A stretch of DNA of 53,980 nt, filler included, from Streblomastix strix (taxonomy: Eukaryota), in the NCBI GenBank assembly GCA_008636045.1. It is 2 parts of 2 records of this genome, joined end to end, with 100 filler letters (N's around TTAATTAATTAA, not from the genome) between each part and the next. Parts side by side here need not be neighbours in the genome. Positions count along the whole stretch, not along the records: positions 27,052 to 53,980 come from SNRW01000154.1; 1 more part is not named here. One strand, given 5' to 3'. The translations under genes and the position numbers were made by a program. The notes beneath the pieces are model-generated. The model searched no databases. It saw nothing but the letters and a program-made list of their open reading frames with translations, and was not told the DNA's origin. Positions 47,794-53,980 of this stretch are shown here, piece after piece. Positions within the stretch are counted from its first letter, which is position 1, and the number at the start of each line of letters is the position of its first letter.

Positions 47794-48428
47794 AATCTAA
47801 AAAAAGCAAACAATTTTTAAAAAAATGGCTTAATTTCCAATAATTTTAAAAAAATTTGCAAAAAATTAGAGATTTCAATAAACCGAAAAAAACTATTTGA
47901 AAATCATGTTATTTAAATTATAGTTCAAATTATTCCATTTTAAAAAATATCCAGGTTGATATTTGCATCAGCAATTTATATATCTTCAATATTTCATTAA
48001 TAAAATGCAGAAATTTGTAAAATTATTATAAAAATAAAAATGAGACATTAATACCTTATCAAATATTGTTTTTATAAAAAATTATTGATATAATTTTATA
48101 AAGTATGGATTTGTACAAAAACGTTTGCATTATAAAACTACTGAAAGAAAAATATCTAGTTTTTAATGGATTAGCCTCCGCGCTGAATCTGCGTATTCAA
48201 AATATTAACAATCATGTAAAATAAATCGAAATATGTATTATTTTGCAGTTAATATTAAATAAATCGCTCATTCAAACAAATTTCTACTATTATGGTCCTA
48301 AAATATGGACTCGCTGTTTCTAGAGCTATCATTTATTTATATAAACATTAAAATTGTTTAAATATGAACATTGTGGATATAAAAATAAAAAAATTAACTA
48401 TAAGTAACATTAAATTGGAAAATTGGCT

Positions 48429-51400
48429 TCAATTAAGAAATCCTGTACAATTTGGTGCACCACAGTGGCATGGCACTCGTGTTTCTTCTGGTTCCAGACT
48501 GAATTTATAATCATACGTGATTTCTTCTCCTGTCTTAATAGCACGTTTGGAGAAAATCACAATTTTCTTCAGACCGTTATCATTTACAATCTCAGCAAAG
48601 CAATTAGGTTCGCAGCTATGATTAATATAGCGAGCTAAATTCCCTTTCTTAGTCGCATCAATAAGACAAAGACGATCAATTCCAAACATGTAGTTTGAAG
48701 GATTTCCTTATCGTTTGTACAACTCTTCACGGAATTATCCCACAGAATGGCGTATAATCTCACCAATATATTCAATAACAACATCTCCAGGAGATATTGG
48801 CTCCATTGTAAACAAACCCCAGTCATGAATTCTTGATCGATCAAATCTGAGTCTCTTTGGACGTCCTCTTTCTCTCCAAATAACAGAAAGAACATTTTAT
48901 CTGTCTCCAAGATCTGATAAAGCAGAGAGTCTCAATTCTGATGTAGTTGTTGGATCAACACGAGCTGATGCCAATGTTTCTGCTAGATTATTAGACAGTC
49001 CTTCAAGTCTGGCTTTGTTTCTCATTGTTTCTATTTATTCTCTGGGATCTTATTATTAATTCTATGTCTGTTATATGTTGGATGTAGCTTCAGCATGGTC
49101 ATTAGCAGCAGATACTGCAGCAACAAATGCAGGTGATAGAGCATTGGCATCAATAGCAGTTGGTGATATATGACTGGATGATATCATTGTAAAAGGAGAG
49201 AAAGTTATAACAGATCCTGATGATGATGAAGATGATGAAAAAGATTAATGTAAATGATATCCTCTTACATATGATGGTTTTGATTAACTTGCTTAAATGA
49301 GAGATGAAGGATGATTCATAACATAACTACGTGGAATAGAGTCTACCCTCGCAATTGAATGTAATGGAGGAAGAGGAATATGAGTCAATTCACTTAATTA
49401 ATCTTTAAGCATATCAAATCTGCTAAATTCAGGAATATATGGTGAGCATTTATGTGACATTAAACGAAGATGTTTGACTGTTTAAATTAAATATTTATTA
49501 TTAAGAGATGAAATATTATCAATGCTTGAATCTGCATTTTCAGTTAATAGCTCCTAATTGTCAATTAAATATATTATTGGTTTAATTTATTATTAATTAT
49601 TTTAAGAAGGAGTTGTGAATGATTAAATATTTTAATTGGATTAAGATGATTATTATGATGGAGTTTATTATGTTAACTTTGAAGGATGCATTTCCGTTAT
49701 CTCAAAATGATCATAATCAATTGCCATATTTTAATGATCTGATTTAATGTCATTAACTGAATCCTTCTAAATAGTTACATCCTGTTTTTATTTTTCATTC
49801 TCAATTGTTTATTTATGAAAATCTAGAATCATTTATAATTAATTCTTCTTAATTTCATCTCCAAAGAAATCTCCAAATGTTTAAGAAATGTTTTATTTAT
49901 TAATTTAATTGTTTAAAGTTGGTTATTATATTACATTTGATGGATTCATATTTAATTCAATATTGAGATTTTAGTAAATAGAGTGAAATGTGGTCTTCCT
50001 TTATTTATCATATATTCCACACTAATTGAATCCATCATTATCTTCTTCTTTCAAATTATTATTAATCTAATCTTTATTCATATAATTATTATCTTCATAT
50101 TAATTATAATCTAATTTTCTTTCATCCTTTTCAAATCCAAATCCAAAATTAATGTATCCGTTATTCTTTTTCTTTTACTATTATAATAATTATTATAATT
50201 GATATTAATCATTTTAATTATTTATATTAATTTCACTTTATTATTAAAATTCAAATATACTTTTATCCATTTATTACTAATTATTGGTATTTTCTCCTTC
50301 AATTATAACAATCGGTTTACTTTATGTTAATTTATTAATTAGTTCTCTTCGTTTCATAATAATCTCTTCATCAAGAAAATCAATGAATCTACCCAAAGGA
50401 AGTGAGAAATAATCAAATATATCTTCTTCTTCTCCTTCTTCTAATTCATTCTCAATTTATATCTAAGAAGAAGGTAATGTCTATTGTTATGATTCTTATG
50501 GTATATCTTAGATCTCATGTGAAACTGTTAACTTTTATTATTCTTTATCTTATTCTATGTTATTTGATTGAAGATTCAATTCTATCTTATTGTGGTCTGT
50601 ATCAATTACATTTTCTATAACCTAATCTTAATTTTAATCCAATTCTTAAATAGTTTATTCTTTTAATGTATTATTGTTGCTTATATTATCATTCAAAACA
50701 TCATCATCTTTTATCATTTAAACTTCTTTCTCTAACTCTTATTATATATCTTTTTCTTTCTCTTCCGCTTTGCTTTAATTCTATTCACTATTTTCTAATA
50801 TAATTTCTTATTCATTTAATTTCTCTTATTCCTTCTAATCCTTATTCTGATCTATTTAATCTTTTTCCATTAATTTAATTTATTATTTATTTTATTATGA
50901 TTATTATTTCTTTCTCTCATTTTCACGTTGGATCAAAAATCTCTACATTAGCAAAGTGAAGTGGGGAAGAGTAGCAAAAGGATGACCTCCAAGTTATTTG
51001 AACAGTTATCTGAATCTCATTTACAGTTTGTGAGGAAGAAGTGATTGACCAATTGGACGTTACTATTACTATTACTAATACTGGTTAGATTACTTTCTTT
51101 CTCTTTCATTTAGTTGTTGCTATTATTCATACTCTTGTTGTGTTTAGTACACAAGAGGTTATTAAAGCATCAACTATTCTACTGCAATGTTCTATCTATG
51201 CTGTCTTCGAGCTCTGATTCCAGATCTGCTCATTTCTTAATTCAATTCAGAGTCCTTCTATTTATCCATTCCATTTATTCTCTCGTATTCTCTTTCTATT
51301 TTCTTCTCCTTCTTTTTCTCTCTTTCAATTCTTTTATTTATTTCTTCTTATTGTTATTTCATTTCAAGACTTTTAATATTACTTCCTTTATCTATTTAAT

Positions 51401-53980
51401 ATTCAGAAATAAATTCATCTTTTATTATTCCATTATTTTCATCAAATTAATTCTATTTTGACTATTTTGCATCTTCTTCTTCAAATTCAGCGAATAAATC
51501 ATCAGAAATTTCATCTCCTTTTTAATCATCCTTTATTTATCTAGATTACTGATCTTTCATAATTTTGTATTAGTTTATTTAGTTTTATTCATTCTATATT
51601 CTGATATTCTCCTCTTTCTTATTGTCTTTCAGATCATATTCTTTAGATTCAGATTAATCATTATCCTCACTTTCTGTCTTAGCCAACACTGCTGCTGCTG
51701 CCTAAGCTGCACTTCTCTTCCCAATTCCTGCAATGTTCTGCAAATCAGTGAATACATACTCTGGCATAAAGTTGTGCTTATCTGCTAAAATAATTAGAGC
51801 AATCTTTGCATAATCTTAATCAGCTCCATATTATTCAATTTCATTCTATTATGCTGCCCTTCTATCTTTATTTAATTTTAATCCTATTAAAGATTATTAA
51901 TTAAATTAATTCGCATTAGTATGTTAATCATTTTTTATTGATTTAATGTTATTGTTAATATTATTATTGTTGTTGTTAATTCCATGTTATGTCCAATCTT
52001 TATCTTTCTTTATTTCTTTTTCGATTATTTTCTCACTTTCCTATTTTATTTCATCTTCATTTTCAAATTTGAGATGAATTTATTATTCTTTCTTTTATCT
52101 CTTTATTTTAACTTTATCTTTTGATTAATGTCTTTCATTTTCTTTTTCTTTTTTCTTAATTTTATCTTCATTAGGTGATAATGATTATTTTATATAATTT
52201 GAACTCTGATTTAAACCATTTCTTTCTTAATTTTATTATTCATTCTTATACTTCAAAGTTTAGGAGAATTCTTTCTTAGTTCTTTTGTTTGTATTAATTA
52301 ATTCAAAATTGTGATTACTAGTTTAATCATTAATATCTAATTCTGCTGATTAAGATATGTCATCATCAATGCTATAATCATCGTATTAATGCTTATTTTA
52401 GTATTCATGAAGATTCTCTTTTCTTTGATGCTTAGATTATCCTTCAAAATCATTTTCTTTCTTCAATTTTTTATTCTTTTATTCTTCTTTCTTTTCTTTC
52501 TTATTTTCTTTCTTTATAACCAATCCATTACTTAATCCTTTCTTATTTGATGAAAGTGATTCAAAATGAGTAATTTATCCATTTTATTAGATATCTACTT
52601 CTTCTTCTTCTTATTATTATTATTATTAACTAATAGAATTATTAGATTAAGGAGATGATGAGATATGATTATTAATATTTGATGATTATGAGAAAGGAAA
52701 TGCATTTACATCTGAGGGTGATTACATCTCCTTCAATTTCATTTCTTCTGTTTTTCTTTTCTTTCTTCCTTTTATTTTATTTTATTTTTATTCTGATGTT
52801 TCCTTATCTGTAATTATTCTACTTCTTTATTTTTATGTTTCCTTTTCATTTTCTATTAATTCTACATTGTCAGATTAATAGTTATTTTCTTTATTATGTT
52901 TCTATTTGATCGGAGTAATCGATTGCTTGTCTTATTTTGTCTTATTAATACTCTTCTTTCTTTCATTTCTCTTATCAATATTAATATCTTCATTTTCTGA
53001 AGACATAATATCTGTTGCCTAATTCATCAATATTAAAGAGTGTTTCTTAACTTATTAATCTTTATTTGCTTTTGGAGATTCTTTAGTTTTAATCCTAAAT
53101 TTCTTCTTATGATGTTTTTCTTCTGAATTAGATGATTTGCTTTAAACATCTTAACTCTATGAAATTGATTCACTTCTATTTTCTTTCATTTTCTTCCTTC
53201 CTCTTTTCTTACTCTTCACATCCAGATCTTCTTCTTAAATCATATTATCTTTCCTATTCAATAGAAGATGCTGTTGATGATTAGATTATACTGACTATGA
53301 AAGTGAGGATGAATCTAAACGTCTTCTTTTGGATCCACTTTCATCCACATTCTCAATGTCCTTTTATTTGTTTCTCTTTCCTTATTTGTGGTGATGCATC
53401 TTTGGATTAATTAATTTAATATAACTTTGAATATCATTTTCATTAATTACAATATTATCATCTTATTCTTCATCTCCATCTCGCTTCCTTTTGCGTTTTT
53501 CACTCATCTTTGGATTATCCCAAGGAAATAATCTATTCAATTCTCTCGTCAAAACAAATTCATGTTTTAATTCAGATTTGGGACTTGGATATTCAGTTGA
53601 TGGTTAGTTTGTGATCTAAACAGGATTATCTGGAATGCTTCTTTTATATCCACGACCTCTTCCACGCCCTCTCCCTCGTCCACGACTTTAATTTGGCAAT
53701 TCAATGTTTATTTTGTCATGAATTCTTTAGTCGCGTTCTGAACTCATAAAATCCTTGGCAACTTGAAATGCAACAGAATGAGATAGTTAATCATCGAGCA
53801 GATTATGAAGTGTATTAAGTTCATTATCTTCTATCTTACTATTATTAATTATTTCTTGTGTCATATATTGAACATCAACAAATCTAAAAGAAAGAAGAAA
53901 GTAAAAATAGGATAAATACAACAAGATTTATCATCAATACACTAAAAATTCAAGTCAACAGATAGTGATGAAGATTATTA
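48429..53980 (-). CDS. SET1: SET1-like histone H3K4 methyltransferase with C-terminal SET and post-SET domains; 5' end outside the window
   Basis: [32 protein letters not shown]...YMFGID...[21 protein letters not shown]...[10 protein letters not shown]...[16 protein letters not shown]. Frame open ~5.4 kb with TAR=Gln; [10 protein letters not shown] at ~53650-53685; probable intron near 53884. Confidence 0.9.

Overview
AT-rich eukaryotic (protist) genomic DNA with short GT-AG introns and a non-standard code. TAA/TAG read as Gln, which is why the supplied standard-code ORF track is fragmented; the style suggests an oxymonad such as Streblomastix (inference only). Bases 1-15.9 kb are mostly relics: a PPP-phosphatase fragment, a KilA-N ORF with 33-aa repeats, a TmcB-like fragment, a MULE transposase, two pogo/DDE_1 transposons and a MITE. 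Bases 16-54 kb are gene dense: PPP phosphatase, RPL18, CaMK-like kinase, SUMO, TAF8-like, cytosolic carboxypeptidase CCP5/AGBL5-like, DNA polymerase alpha, a multi-pass membrane protein, a SET1-like methyltransferase and two hypothetical genes. An artificial contig linker lies at 26952-27051. Main finding: at least 15 in-frame TGA codons lie inside five frame-intact genes, one at a conserved Arg of AGBL5 and several in K/R-rich contexts. Every gene whose 3' end is visible also ends in TGA. This points to UAR=Gln plus UGA=Arg-or-stop, a code with no dedicated stop codon. All translations were done by hand; no database searches were run.
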